Positions 12,381 to 23,962 of a DNA stretch of 64,000 nucleotides are shown piece by piece. Each line of letters opens with the position of its first letter. Position 1 is the stretch's first letter. The stretch spans positions 1-64,000 of the forward strand of contig NIVC01001819.1 in NCBI GenBank assembly GCA_002269645.1, given 5' to 3'. The position numbers and the translations under genes were made by a program. Source of the stretch: Macrostomum lignano. Taxonomy: Eukaryota. The notes beneath the pieces were generated by a model. The model searched no databases. It saw nothing but the letters and a program-made list of their open reading frames with translations, and was not told the DNA's origin.

Positions 12381-12812
12381 ATGACAACCGAAGCCCCTCA
12401 GCATCTGTATGCGCCGTCTAATAGGGCGGCACTGAATGTGCCAGCAGCGGTGGCGGCAGCAGCCGCGCGGGACCTTCTGCAGCATCAGGAGCGGCGGTGT
12501 TCCGCAGAATCGGCTTACTATTCAACCTATAGCGACGGGGATCGGCGAGGGTCCTGGCAGGAGCTGAGCAACGTAGGCTGCGACGGTGCTGGAGAGACTT
12601 GTGCAACGACTGGAGTTCGTCGTGCTTCGTCCAGTTCGGCGCTGTGCGAGGAGTGCGAGATTAGAAGGTTCCGACCGGCAGACAGGAGTCCCTTTCATAC
12701 CAGGGCGCATGCGGAAGCCGTGATGGCAGAGTTTGCCAGGCTGCATGGGGACAGGGCGGCTGCTGCTGCTGCTGCCACTGCTGCTGCGTCTACTGCAGGA
12801 GTCTGTCTGCAG
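12381..12812 (+). CDS. Orphan Ser/Ala/Arg-rich protein, exon 1
   Basis: GC-rich, codon-like ORF segment. ATG at 12381 (an in-frame ATG also lies at 12279), TATATAAA-like element near 12300, donor CTGCAG|GTGAGA phase 0. No family recognised. Confidence 0.72.
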
Positions 12813-12923
12813 GTGAGAATTTGCTTTAATAAACTCTGCACTACTCTTAAATCTGTATAAAATCTGGCTCCTGTCTATCAGTCCATTTTTTATTCAATCT
12901 CTGTCCGTGCTCGTATGCCTTTA

Positions 12924-12953
12924 TATCTATCTATCTATCTATTTATCTATCTG

Positions 12954-12984
<31 letters not shown>

Positions 12985-13007
12985 CTCTATATCTATCTGT
13001 CTGTCTA

Positions 13008-13042
<35 letters not shown>

Positions 13043-13063
13043 GTCTGTCTGTCTGTCTGTCTA

Positions 13064-13122
<59 letters not shown>
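12924..13122. repeat. (TCTA)n/(TCTG)n microsatellite in orphan gene intron 1
   Basis: Direct reading. Confidence 0.95.
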
Positions 13123-13123
<1 letters not shown>

Positions 13124-13971
13124 GTCATCTATCTTAGCTAGATAGAATTTGAATAAACACTGAATTAATAGTCATATACTGTATGTTACTGCTGGCGAAG
13201 CTACGAAATTTATTTCAATACAGTAGCTACCTATAAAGACCGGGGTCCCAAGGTTATGCTCTATATTTCTTGTGAGCAATTCAGAGTTTGGTCTACTTGT
13301 TTGAGAATGAATTAACCTTGTGCCCCACTTCCTGTAGCTATATTAAAGGATTTTCTCGATACAGCAGAAGTACATGGACTTGCAGCGTCAGTGTGTGCAT
13401 GGATGGCCCATTTAGCAAACTAAAAAACTGGCCTTTAATACCTGCCTGACACTCATATATAAAGAATAAATCAGACACAAAACCCCGTGTGGTGACTTAC
13501 AGCTACGAGGCCTACTTTGTCCAGCATGAGACCGCGCAGGTTTTTGGTTAGTTGTAAAACCATTTTCCCGTTTCATTTTGTAATATTGCCATTTAATCTC
13601 GACCATAGCAGCTAGTTTTGGCATAGCGCTAAGTGAGGAGTTACCACGGATAGTCTCGGTGGACGTGTAAAGTATTTCGTTGACCGCCCGCTAGCTTTGC
13701 ATTGAAACAATGACCTTTTGGCCATAGACATTCTCAGCGGGTGGTTAACCTCGAAGCTACTTGACTGTTGCTTCAGGCAGCATATCTGTTAAGGCTTTTG
13801 AGGGTGGGTTAAGCCATAAACAATTAACCCGAATTATCTTACCATGCAATTAACATGACTGCGCTCTACAAAATCTTGCAACGGTTTTTAATAGTTTAGC
13901 AATATAGTAATTATAAGCGAATTGGTATTGAAATTATGTACTGTAACTATTGCAACTTTCACCTTTTCAAG

Positions 13972-14652
13972 CCCGAGCCGTACGCATCTGTTCCGAGCAC
14001 ATCGGCTTCCCTACCGAGCACAGCGAAGTCTCCAATACTACTCCAGCTGCCCCAGACGTCGCAGCCGCACTCGCCGCACTGTCTTCTGGCGGCGCCGGTC
14101 TCGCCGTCTGCTTTTGTGGACCCCATGCCAACTCTAGCTGAGGACTCGCCACTGGCGACTGACAACCTGTCGGAGAGCTTCGACGGCTCCATCGGCAGGA
14201 CCGGTCGGTTGAACACTGTCTCCAGCTGCGACCTGAGACGCAACAGGCGACTGTCTTCAAGAGGATCCCTAGTGACCTCGGAAACTTTAGTGACAAGTAA
14301 AGCTTCCCCAGGCGCTGTTGAAACGGCAGCAAAGCCTATTCAGTCGATGTCTTCGATATCGTCGTCTAACCGACGAAAGTTTTCGTTGGACGCCAGCACA
14401 GTGACTACGCCGAGCTTGGGCGGTCGGCCTGCCCAACTGCTTAGGCGACCGTCAGCTGCTGGCGGCGCAACCGGAGGTATGTACCGCTTGTTTCATCACG
14501 AAACAACGCAGGAGGAGCTGGAGGCGTTCAATCAGAGTCGACGAGGTTCAAAAGCCAGCGTGACCGGCTCGCCGACCTCGCCGGATCAAAATCCGAGCAG
14601 ATTGTTCCGGCGCTTTCAATCAAACGACGATGATTATTTTGTGGCCTTGAAG
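13972..14652 (+). CDS. Orphan Ser/Ala/Arg-rich protein, exon 2
   Basis: Acceptor CCTTTTCAAG|CCC and donor AAG|GTGCGC. 681 nt, open, phase 0 at both ends. Confidence 0.75.
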
Positions 14653-14719
14653 GTGCGCAATGAAATGTAGATCTAATCTGTATTATTTGCATAGTATTTT
14701 AGTATCCGAATAGTGCTTG

Positions 14720-15055
14720 TAAATTTAGTATATATGGACTAGCTATGAGTCCCTCTTGAGGTGCCTGGACCTACATGTTACAGAAGCCCCCCCCCAAAAA
14801 AGTAGCTTTAGATTTCAATATCGTTTTAGTGTGTGTAGACTAGCTAGCTGTAAGTCCCTCTTGAGGTGCCCTCTATAGAAACCCCAAAATAGGGGCTTTA
14901 TATTTAGTATCATTTTAGTAAATTGACTAGCTGAGTCCCTATTGAGGTGCCTGGACCTACATGTTACAGAAGCCTCCCCCCAAAAGTAGCTTTAGATTTT
15001 AATATCGTTTAGTATATGTAGAAGACTAGCTCTAAGTCCTTCTTCAGGTGCCTCG
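14720..15055 (-). repeat. Tandem of 87-101 bp units with Helitron-like CTAG|TC junctions, in intron 2 of the orphan gene
   Basis: GA|CTAG junctions with CTAG at 14739, 14840, 14927 and 15026. Each is preceded by TTTAGT-(TATATA-like) and followed by GTCCCTCTTGAGGTGCC-like sequence. Confidence 0.55.
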
Positions 15056-15110
15056 AAAAAAATGGCTCGTCATGGTTTTTCATCTATCCTAATAAATGTG
15101 TCAAATCCAG

Positions 15111-15650
15111 GTGGAGGAGGAGCAGCTGCCCGAATCGCTACCCGCTGACTGCGATCGCCAAAAGCTGCTCTCCGTTGGCGAGGACGGCAACACGGTGATC
15201 ACTGAGCTGTCTAAAATACCCGAGATCTCCACGCGAGCCCCGAGCTGCTCCAGTTCCGATCGTTCGACAATGACAACAACCGCCGGCGAATCGGATAGCA
15301 CAATCGACGCCGCCACGCCTCAGGTCGAATCTGAGATCGAGATCTCCCTACGCCTGGCCAAGACTTCGCCTTTTGCCTACGTGCCACCAGTGCAGCTGCA
15401 ACCGGCTCCTGCCAGCGACTGTCGCACCCCAGAGCGTCGGCGACCGTCGAACGGCAGTGTGTCGACGACGTCGGTGACACCTACAACGACGAAGCATCGG
15501 GATTCCGACTGGCGCCGCTGCGTGTCGGAGATGTCGGCGGCTGCGAAAACGTCGAGAAGCGCGTCAGCAAGCGGCGCAATCGGCCTCCAAGTTGGTGGCG
15601 GCGGTTCTCGTGTCAAACAGCTGATGGCTCTGTTCGGCGATGCCAAATAG
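15111..15650 (+). CDS. Orphan Ser/Ala/Arg-rich protein, exon 3 (stop TAG)
   Basis: Acceptor AATCCAG|GTG, phase 0. The three exons join to 1653 nt = 550 aa + stop without a frameshift. Confidence 0.75.
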   Translation: MEEEQLPESLPADCDRQKLLSVGEDGNTVITELSKIPEISTRAPSCSSSDRSTMTTTAGESDSTIDAATPQVESEIEISLRLAKTSPFAYVPPVQLQPAPASDCRTPERRRPSNGSVSTTSVTPTTTKHRDSDWRRCVSEMSAAAKTSRSASASGAIGLQVGGGGSRVKQLMALFGDAK

Positions 15651-17011
15651 TGTTTCTTGGAAAATGAGATTTTTGGCGCAGACTACGGATTTCACCTGCA
15701 CGAAGTTAAGCACAGAAGTACATAAAATTGAAACACCAAACAGCGTTTTGTTGTGCATTTAACCTTGATTCCGTACATATACACAAATCAGCCAATCATT
15801 GATAAGCACCTGTAGCTTGCACTGGCCCTATTCCGCTTTCGTCTGCGTCACACTTTCAATTGCTTATTGAATTTTGTTTAGTGTGAAAATTCTAACAATA
15901 CTCATATTCAATCGCAGGCGGCATTACAGGTAAAACAATTGCATTTCATGTTTTACCTGAAATATTTATAATATTTATTGACAATGTTTATAAATATCAA
16001 CGCCCTCAATTTTTATACAAAATTTAACTACATACCCTACTTACAAGTAGCATAGTGAGTTTCGCGTATCTTTCTAAATGAAGCCTGAAGTCATCTTTAT
16101 AAGATGAATGAGATTGTTGTGAAATTTGTTTAAAGTCTGAAAAAAAACTTTCAAAATAGACAGCTGCCCACACTTGTAAAAGATGTAAATAGAAAACTAA
16201 GCAGATAAAGTTCTCTGGAAGGAATTGATTGAACAAGAAAATGTCTAACTTTTTGTTTTTAATATTCAATATTTAAAGATGCAAATTGCTTTGTCAGTCA
16301 GTCAAGCTCTATCCTGTCTGCCTGTCTGTTGGTGTTTCAAATTTCATCATTTCTTGTCTATCTAGTCCCAATTTCACCAATGTCGCGTTTATAGTCTCTC
16401 ATTGCCCCAATCTGCCCACCATTAAGCCTTCCTGTCTGCCTGTCTGTCTGCCATCACGCAACTTTCAGCGGAGCTGGTCCATTGCTAGCAGTAGCTGTAG
16501 CCGTATTGAATCAAGATTTCAACAATATAGAAACCTAATAGGACAATGAGGTCCGGGGGGGCGGGAGCGCCAATGACCAGCGCCATGTAGCGCACTCATG
16601 TCCCGACTCCCGAGGTTAAGAGGAAACGAGACCAGTGTTGTCCCAGCTGATGGGCGATTTTTTTTCTTTTTGCTGGACTGCAGAGAGAGTGAAGGCTTTT
16701 GTGGATTGACATGTAGATGATGTTTGGTGATAGCTGCTCTGAATAATAATCAACGATGCTTGGACCCATTAAAAGTCGGGGGGATGGGGTCGGCCTTGAA
16801 GCCAAAACTGCAGATCATGATCAGATTTCTAATAACTGCACCAAGTCATGGGGCTGATAGGTGGCCGCTTCTTCTGAATTCGATGCATGAGGTCGCTACA
16901 GAATACTTTAAAGCTAGCTTCTCTGCTGACATGTTCGGGCCTTATCATATTCAATTTTTAGCCAATTTTACATGTATAAGCGATTTTATAAACAAATTTT
17001 ACTATCGATCG

Positions 17012-19495
17012 CACTGAGACAGACACTGAAGACTCACTGAGACAGACACTAAAGACTCACTGAGAGACACTGAAGACACACTGAAAGAGACACTGAAGAC
17101 ACATTGAGAGACACTAAAGACACACTGAGACAGACACTGAAGACACACTGAGACAGACACTGAAGACACACTGAGACAGACACTGAAGACACACTGAGAG
17201 ACACTGAAGACACACTGAGACAGACACTGAAGACACACTGAGACAGACACTGGAGACACACTGAGACAGACACTGAAGACACACTGAGACAGACACTGAA
17301 GACACACTGAGAGACACTGAAGACACACTGAGACAGACACTGAAGACACACTGAGAGACACTGAAGACACACTGAGACAGACACTGAAGACACACTGAGA
17401 CAGACACTGAAGACACACTGAAAGAGACACTGAAGACACACTGAGACAGACACTGAAGACACACTGAGACAGACACTGAAGACACACTGAGACAGACACT
17501 GAAGACACACTGAGACAGACACTGGAGACACACTGAGACAGACACTAAAGACACACTGAGACAGACACTAAAGACACACTGAGACAGACACTGAAGACAC
17601 ACTGAGACAGACACTGAAGACACACTGAGAGACACTGAAGACACACTGAGACACTGAGACAGACACTGAAGACACACTGAGAGACACTGAAGACACACTG
17701 AGACAGACACTGAAGACACACTGAGACAGACACTGAAGACACACTGAGACAGACACTGAAGACACACTGAGACAGACACTGAAGACACACTGAGAGACAC
17801 TGAAGACACACTGAGACACTGAGACAGACACTGAAGACACACTGAGAGACACTGAAGACACACTAAGACAGACACTGAAGACACACTGAGAGACACTGAA
17901 GACACACTGAGAGACACTGAAGACACACTGAGAGACACTGAAGACACACTGAGACACTGAGACAGACACTGAAGACACACTGAGAGACACTGAAGACACA
18001 CTGAGACAGACACTAAAGACACACTGAGACAGACACTGAAGACACACTGAGACAGACACTGAAGATACACTGAGACAGACACTGAAGACACACTGAGACA
18101 GACACTGAAGACACACTGAGACAGACACTGAAGACACACTGAGACAGACACTGAAGACACACTGAGACATACACTGGAGACACACTGAGACAGACACTGA
18201 AGATACACTGAGACAGACACTGAAGACACACTGAGACAGACACTGAAGACACACTGAGACAGACACTGAAGACACACTGAGAGACACTGAAGACACACTG
18301 AGAGACACTGAAAACACACTGAGACACTGAGACAGACACTGAAGACACACTGAGAGACACTGAAGACACACTGAGACAGACACTAAAGACACACTGAGAC
18401 AGACACTGAAGACACACTGAGACAGACACTGAAGATACACTGAGACAGACACTGAAGACACACTGAGACAGACACTGAAGACACACTGAGACAGACACTG
18501 AAGACACACTGAGACAGACACTGGAGACACACTGAGAGACACTGAAGACACACTGAGAGACACTGAAGACACACTGAGACACTGAGACAGACACTGAAGA
18601 CACACTGAGAGACACTGAAGACACACTAAGACAGACACTGAAGACACACTGAGACAGACACTGAAGACACACTGAGACAGACACTGAAGACACACTGAGA
18701 CAGACACTGAAGACACACTGAGAGACACTGAAGACACACTGAGACACTGAGACAGACACTGAAGACACACTGAGAGACACTGAAGACACACTAAGACAGA
18801 CACTGAAGACACACTGAGAGACACTGAAGACACACTGAGAGACACTGAAGACACACTGAGACACTGAGACAGACACTGAAGACACACTGAGAGACACTGA
18901 AGACACACTGAGACAGACACTGGAGACACACTGAGACAGACACTAAAGACACACTGAGACAGACACTGAAGACACACTGAGACAGACACTGAAGACACAC
19001 TGAGACAGACACTGAAGACACACTGAGACAGACACTGAAGACACACTGAGAGACACTGAAGACACACTGAGACACTGAGACAGACACTGAAGACACACTG
19101 AGAGACACTGAAGACACACTAAGACATACACTGAAGACACACTGAGACAGACACTGAAGACACACTGAGACAGACACTGAAGACACACTGAGACAGACAC
19201 TGAAGACACACTGAGACAGAAACTAAATGCACAGTTAGACAGACACTGAAGACACACTGAGACAGACACTGAAGACACACTGAGACAGACACTGAAGACA
19301 CACTGAGACAGACACTAAATGCACAGTTAGACGGACACTAAAGACACACTGAGACAGACACTAAAGACACATTGAGACAGACACTGGAGACACACTGAGA
19401 CAGACACTAAAGACACATTGAGACAGACACTGGAGACACACTGAGACAGACACTAAATGCACAGTTAGACGGACACTAAAGACACAAGACAGACA
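17012..19495. repeat. 21-23 nt minisatellite (GACACACTGAGACAGACACTGAA)
   Basis: About 110 copies; source of the spurious CLSV-repeat ORFs. Confidence 0.95.
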
Positions 19496-20025
19496 TGAGG
19501 CCAATGATTTTTTTTACGAGGATATTCCAATTTCTCTTCAAAACTGCTGGAATTGGTAGCCGAGGCAGAGCATCTGCTCTTTCCCACACGTCCCGCGGAC
19601 TAAATAGAATTTTCATTGATTTTCCATCAGTGGCTCAGCAACGTGCGCATCTCGAATCGTTCGTTCCTGTCTCTCTTTCCCCTAGCAAGAGAAGGGAAGC
19701 TCCAGTACAGCTGGAATGCTCAGCTCTGTTGGATTGATGCACTGATAGCTTATAGTTGCACAAACTGACGGAGAAGTCATTGTTGCCCGACTGTCACGAC
19801 TCTTAATGAGCTGCTGTCAACTTTGTCTTGGCGGATAATCCCCTCCGCATCCATTAATCTCTGCCGGCGTAGAGTTCTTTTCGGGTTTAATCTGAATGGA
19901 ATTGGACCAGTTCTGTTCGCCCTTGCTGTGCCTTCTTAATCCTGTGGGCGTGCAGAGTCGTTGCCGATTGTTTTTTAGACGAGTTTAGGCAGTTTTGACT
20001 TTGCACTCCTCTCTATGTCCATGCA

Positions 20026-21517
20026 GTCACCCCTGCTGTCACCCGCTTTTTCTCGGCTCTGTCACCCGCTCTGTCACCCGCTTTTGCTCCGCACTTTCAC
20101 CCGCTTTTGCTCCGCTCTGTCACCCGCTTTTTCTCGGCTCTGTCACCCGCTCTGTCACCCGCACATTCACCCGCTTTTGCTCCGCTCTGTCACCCGCTTT
20201 TGCCCCGCTCTGTCACCCGCTTTTGCTCCGCACTTTCACCCGCTGTTGCTCCGCTCTGTCACCCGCTTTTGCTCCGCTCTGTCACCCGCTTTTGCTCCGC
20301 TCTGTCACCCGCTTTTGCTCCGCACTTTCACCCGCTTTTGCTCCGCTCTGTCACCCGCTTTTGCTCCGCTCTGTCACCCGCTTTTGCTCCGCTCTGTCAC
20401 CCGCTCTGTCACCCGCTCTGTCACCCGCTTTTGCTCCGCACTTTCACCCGCTTTTGCTCCGCTCTGTCACCCGCTTTTGCTCCGCTCTGTCACCCGCTTT
20501 TGCTCCGCTCTGTCACCCGCTTTTGCTCCGCTCCGTCACCCGCTTTTGCCCCGCTCTGTCACCCGCTCTGTCACTCGCTTTTGCTCCGCTCTGTCACCCG
20601 CTCTGTCACCCGCTTTTTCTCGGCTCTGTCACCCGCTCTGTCACCCGCTCTGTCACGCGCTTTTGCTCCGCTCTGTCACCCGCTTTTGCTCCGCTCTGTC
20701 ACTCGCTTTTGCTCCGCACTTTCACCCGCTTTTGCTCCGCTCTGTCACCCGCTCTGTCACCCGCTTTTTCTCGGCTCTGTCACCCGCTCTGTCACCCGCT
20801 CTGTCACCCGCTTTTGCCCCGCTCTGTCACCCGCTTTTGCTCCGCACTTTCACTCGCTTTTGCTCCGCTCTGTCACCCGCTTTTGCCCCGCTCTGTCACC
20901 CGCTCTGTCACCCGCTTTTGCCCCGCTCTGTCACCCGCTTTTGCCCCGCTCTGTCACCCGCTTTTGCTCCGCTCTGTCACCCGCTTTTGCCCCGCTCTGT
21001 CACCCGCTTTTGCTCCGCTCTGTCACCCGCTCTGTCACCCGCTTTTGCCCCGCTCTGTCACCCGCTCTGTCACCCGCTTTTGCCCCGCTCTGTCACCCGC
21101 TCTGTCACCCGCTTTTGCCCCGCTCTGTCACCCGCTTTTGCCCCGCTCTGTCACCCGCTTTTGCTCCGCTCTGTCACCCGCTTTTGCCCCGCTCTGTCAC
21201 CCGCTTTTGCTCCGCTCTGTCACCCGCTCTGTCACCCGCTTTTGCCCCGCTCTGTCACCCGCTTTTGCTCCGCTCTGTCACCCGCTTTTGCTCCGCTCTG
21301 TCACCCGCTTTTGCCCCGCTCTGTCACCCGCTTTTGCCCCGCTCTGTCACCCGCTTTTGCTCCGCACTTTTACCCGCTTTTGCTCCGCTCTGTCACCCGC
21401 TTTTGCTCCGCTCTGTCACCCGCTCTGTCACCCGCTTTTGCCCCGCTCTGTCACCCGCTCTGTCACCCGCTTTTGCTCCGCTCTGTCACCCACTTTTGCT
21501 CCGCTCTGTCACCCGCT
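20026..21517. repeat. Modular minisatellite built from CTCTGTCACCCG (12 nt) and CTTTTGCTCCG (11 nt) blocks
   Basis: Mostly 23 nt dimers, with runs of the 12-mer alone. Confidence 0.95.
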
Positions 21518-22492
21518 CTTGATCCCCTCGCTCTGATGTTTATTTTCCATGAAACAGCTTTCTTCGTAAAATGCCAAAAATTCTGTTTTTAATAACCAAA
21601 CATACAGCTACGGAATCTATAGCGACTGAAGTACGAGACTAAAAACATTTGGGAATCAACTATCGAAGCGCCCCCCTGCCAAACCCAGCCTTAAATCCCT
21701 AGAAAATAGCAACCCGCAAAATCTTAAGATTGATGCAGCCGCCGGGTGTGTGTGTTTCAAGAATTTGCCACTTTATTTCCTCTTTGGAAGCATATGCCTG
21801 ATCTCCGTAGAAGATTACTCAGAAATCTCTGCTATACTCGCTCTTACTCTCGCTCAGTCTCCTTGCTTCCAAAAAAAGTTTTTGGAACTTACTCCTAGAG
21901 GAAGCCAATCTAGCCGGGCCTGGGTTGCGAATAAAACCGGCGCGGCCGGACTCTGTCCGAGTATATGTTTTCTTCCTGTTAAGAAGGGGCGCCCAGGCAT
22001 CTCGGCTGTTGCCCTACAAATTGGGATTTGGGATTAAGATGCGGTCAAGGGTAGAAGCAAAATAGACCGCTGGAGGCTTAACTGAAAACTAGGGAATAGG
22101 ACTATAGCATGGGAGCCGCTGATGAAGGGGAGAGGATCGGGCGAGGGAAAAGTAGAGAAGAGATTGGGAGGCTGGCAGGCCCGGGGAATCCGGGGGCGAC
22201 ACTCGTGTTGACATTGTGCTCCAAGTGCTTCGGTTCACACCGAGCCTCTCCAACCGTCTCCTGCGTGCAGTTAAAAAGAGACCGACAGGCCGGTTTCCTT
22301 CTCGCCTGTCCCGCTCCCTTCGTCTCTCTCTTTTCCAGTTCCTTTCTAAGAAATGCCATAGGATTCCTTCGCCCCCACTTGCCCATGGGGTCAACTAGAG
22401 ACGACCTCTTGTACGCCCGGCCGGGTCCGCAGCTCTTCTAAGAGCCGTTAAACAGCCCCCACCCCCACCTACCAATTCTTTGATTTTAAACT

Positions 22493-22501
22493 GTCTGATC
22501 C

Positions 22502-22540
<39 letters not shown>

Positions 22541-22550
22541 GTGTCTTTAG

Positions 22551-22643
<93 letters not shown>

Positions 22644-22646
22644 GGA
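22493..22646. repeat. (TCTG)n microsatellite
   Basis: Direct reading. Confidence 0.95.
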
Positions 22647-22956
22647 CAGGCCCTCTGGACACCCAGTGTGAGTGCGCGTGGGCCTGCTCAGGCTTCAGAA
22701 TGTGCATGACTTGCCAATTTCCTTTTTTCCGACAAGCAACGCAAGAATCTTTGAACAAAATCTGTTCACTGCATTTTTGTTTCTGACAGTTTGATCAATT
22801 TTCAAAGGATTTTCCTCTCTTTGGTTGCTATACCGCAGATAACTGAATCCTTGATGGCTCTGAAGTTCGCTGTAGCCTAAAACACACAAATTTCAAAATG
22901 TTTACAAATGAAACCTAATGAAACTTAAACTTTTTGGAAATCAATAATTTTTCTTC

Positions 22957-23962
22957 AGGGCGCGAAAATGAGTGCCTACGGCGCTAAAATGAGTGCCTGT
23001 AGCGCTAAAATGAGTGCCTACGGCGCTAAAATGAGTGCCTGTAGCGCTAAAATGAGTGCCTACGGCGCTAAAATGAGTGCCTACGGCGCTAAAATGAGTG
23101 CCTACGGCGCTAAAATGAGTGCCTACGGCGCTAAAATGAGTGCCTACGGCGCTAAAATGAGTGCCTACGGCGCTAAAATGAGTGCCTACGGCGCTAAAAT
23201 GAGTGCCTGTAGCGCTAAAATGAGTGCCTGTAGCGCTAAAATGAGTGCCTACGGCGCTAAAATGAGTGCCTACGGCGCTAAAATGAGTGCCTACGGCGCT
23301 AAAATGAGTGCCTACGGCGCTAAAATGAGTGCCTGTAGCGCTAAAATGAGTGCCTAAAGCGCCAAAATGAGTGCCTGAGGCGCTAAAATGAGTGCCTGAG
23401 GCGCTAAAATGAGTGCCTGAGGCGCTAAAATGAGTGCCTGAGGCGCTAAAATGAGTGCCTGAGGCGCTAAAATGAGTGCCTGCGGCGCTAAAATGAGTGC
23501 CTACGGCGCTAAAATGAGTGCCTACGGCGCTAAAATGAGTGCCTACGGCGCTAAAATGAGTGCCTACGGCGCTAAAATGAGTGCCTGTAGCGCTAAAATG
23601 AGTGCCTAAAGCGCCAAAATGAGTGCCTACGGCGCTAAAATGAGTGCCTGTAGCGCTAAAATGAGTGCCTAAAGCGCCAAAATGAGTGCCTGAGGCGCTA
23701 AAATGAGTGCCTGAGGCGCTAAAATGAGTGCCTGAGGCGCCAAAATGAGTGCATGAGGCGCTAAAATGAGTGCCTGAGGCGCTAAAATGAGTGCCTGAGG
23801 CGCTAAAATGAGTGCCTGAGGCGCCAAAATGAGTGCCTGAGGCGCCAAAATGAGTGCCTGAGGCGCTAAAATGAGTGCCTGAGGCGCTAAAATGAGTGCC
23901 TGCGGCGCCAAAATGAGTGCCTGCAGCGCTAAAATGAGTGTCTGAAGCGCCAAAATGAGGGC
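22957..23962. repeat. 21 nt minisatellite (AAAATGAGTGCCTACGGCGCT), locus 1
   Basis: About 47 copies; flanks shared with the locus at 55.3 kb. Confidence 0.95.

Noticed and set aside
17002-21592. Long ORFs (up to 525 aa) over the 17-21 kb arrays
   Set aside because: They are translations of tandem repeats, open in several frames, with no protein-like complexity.
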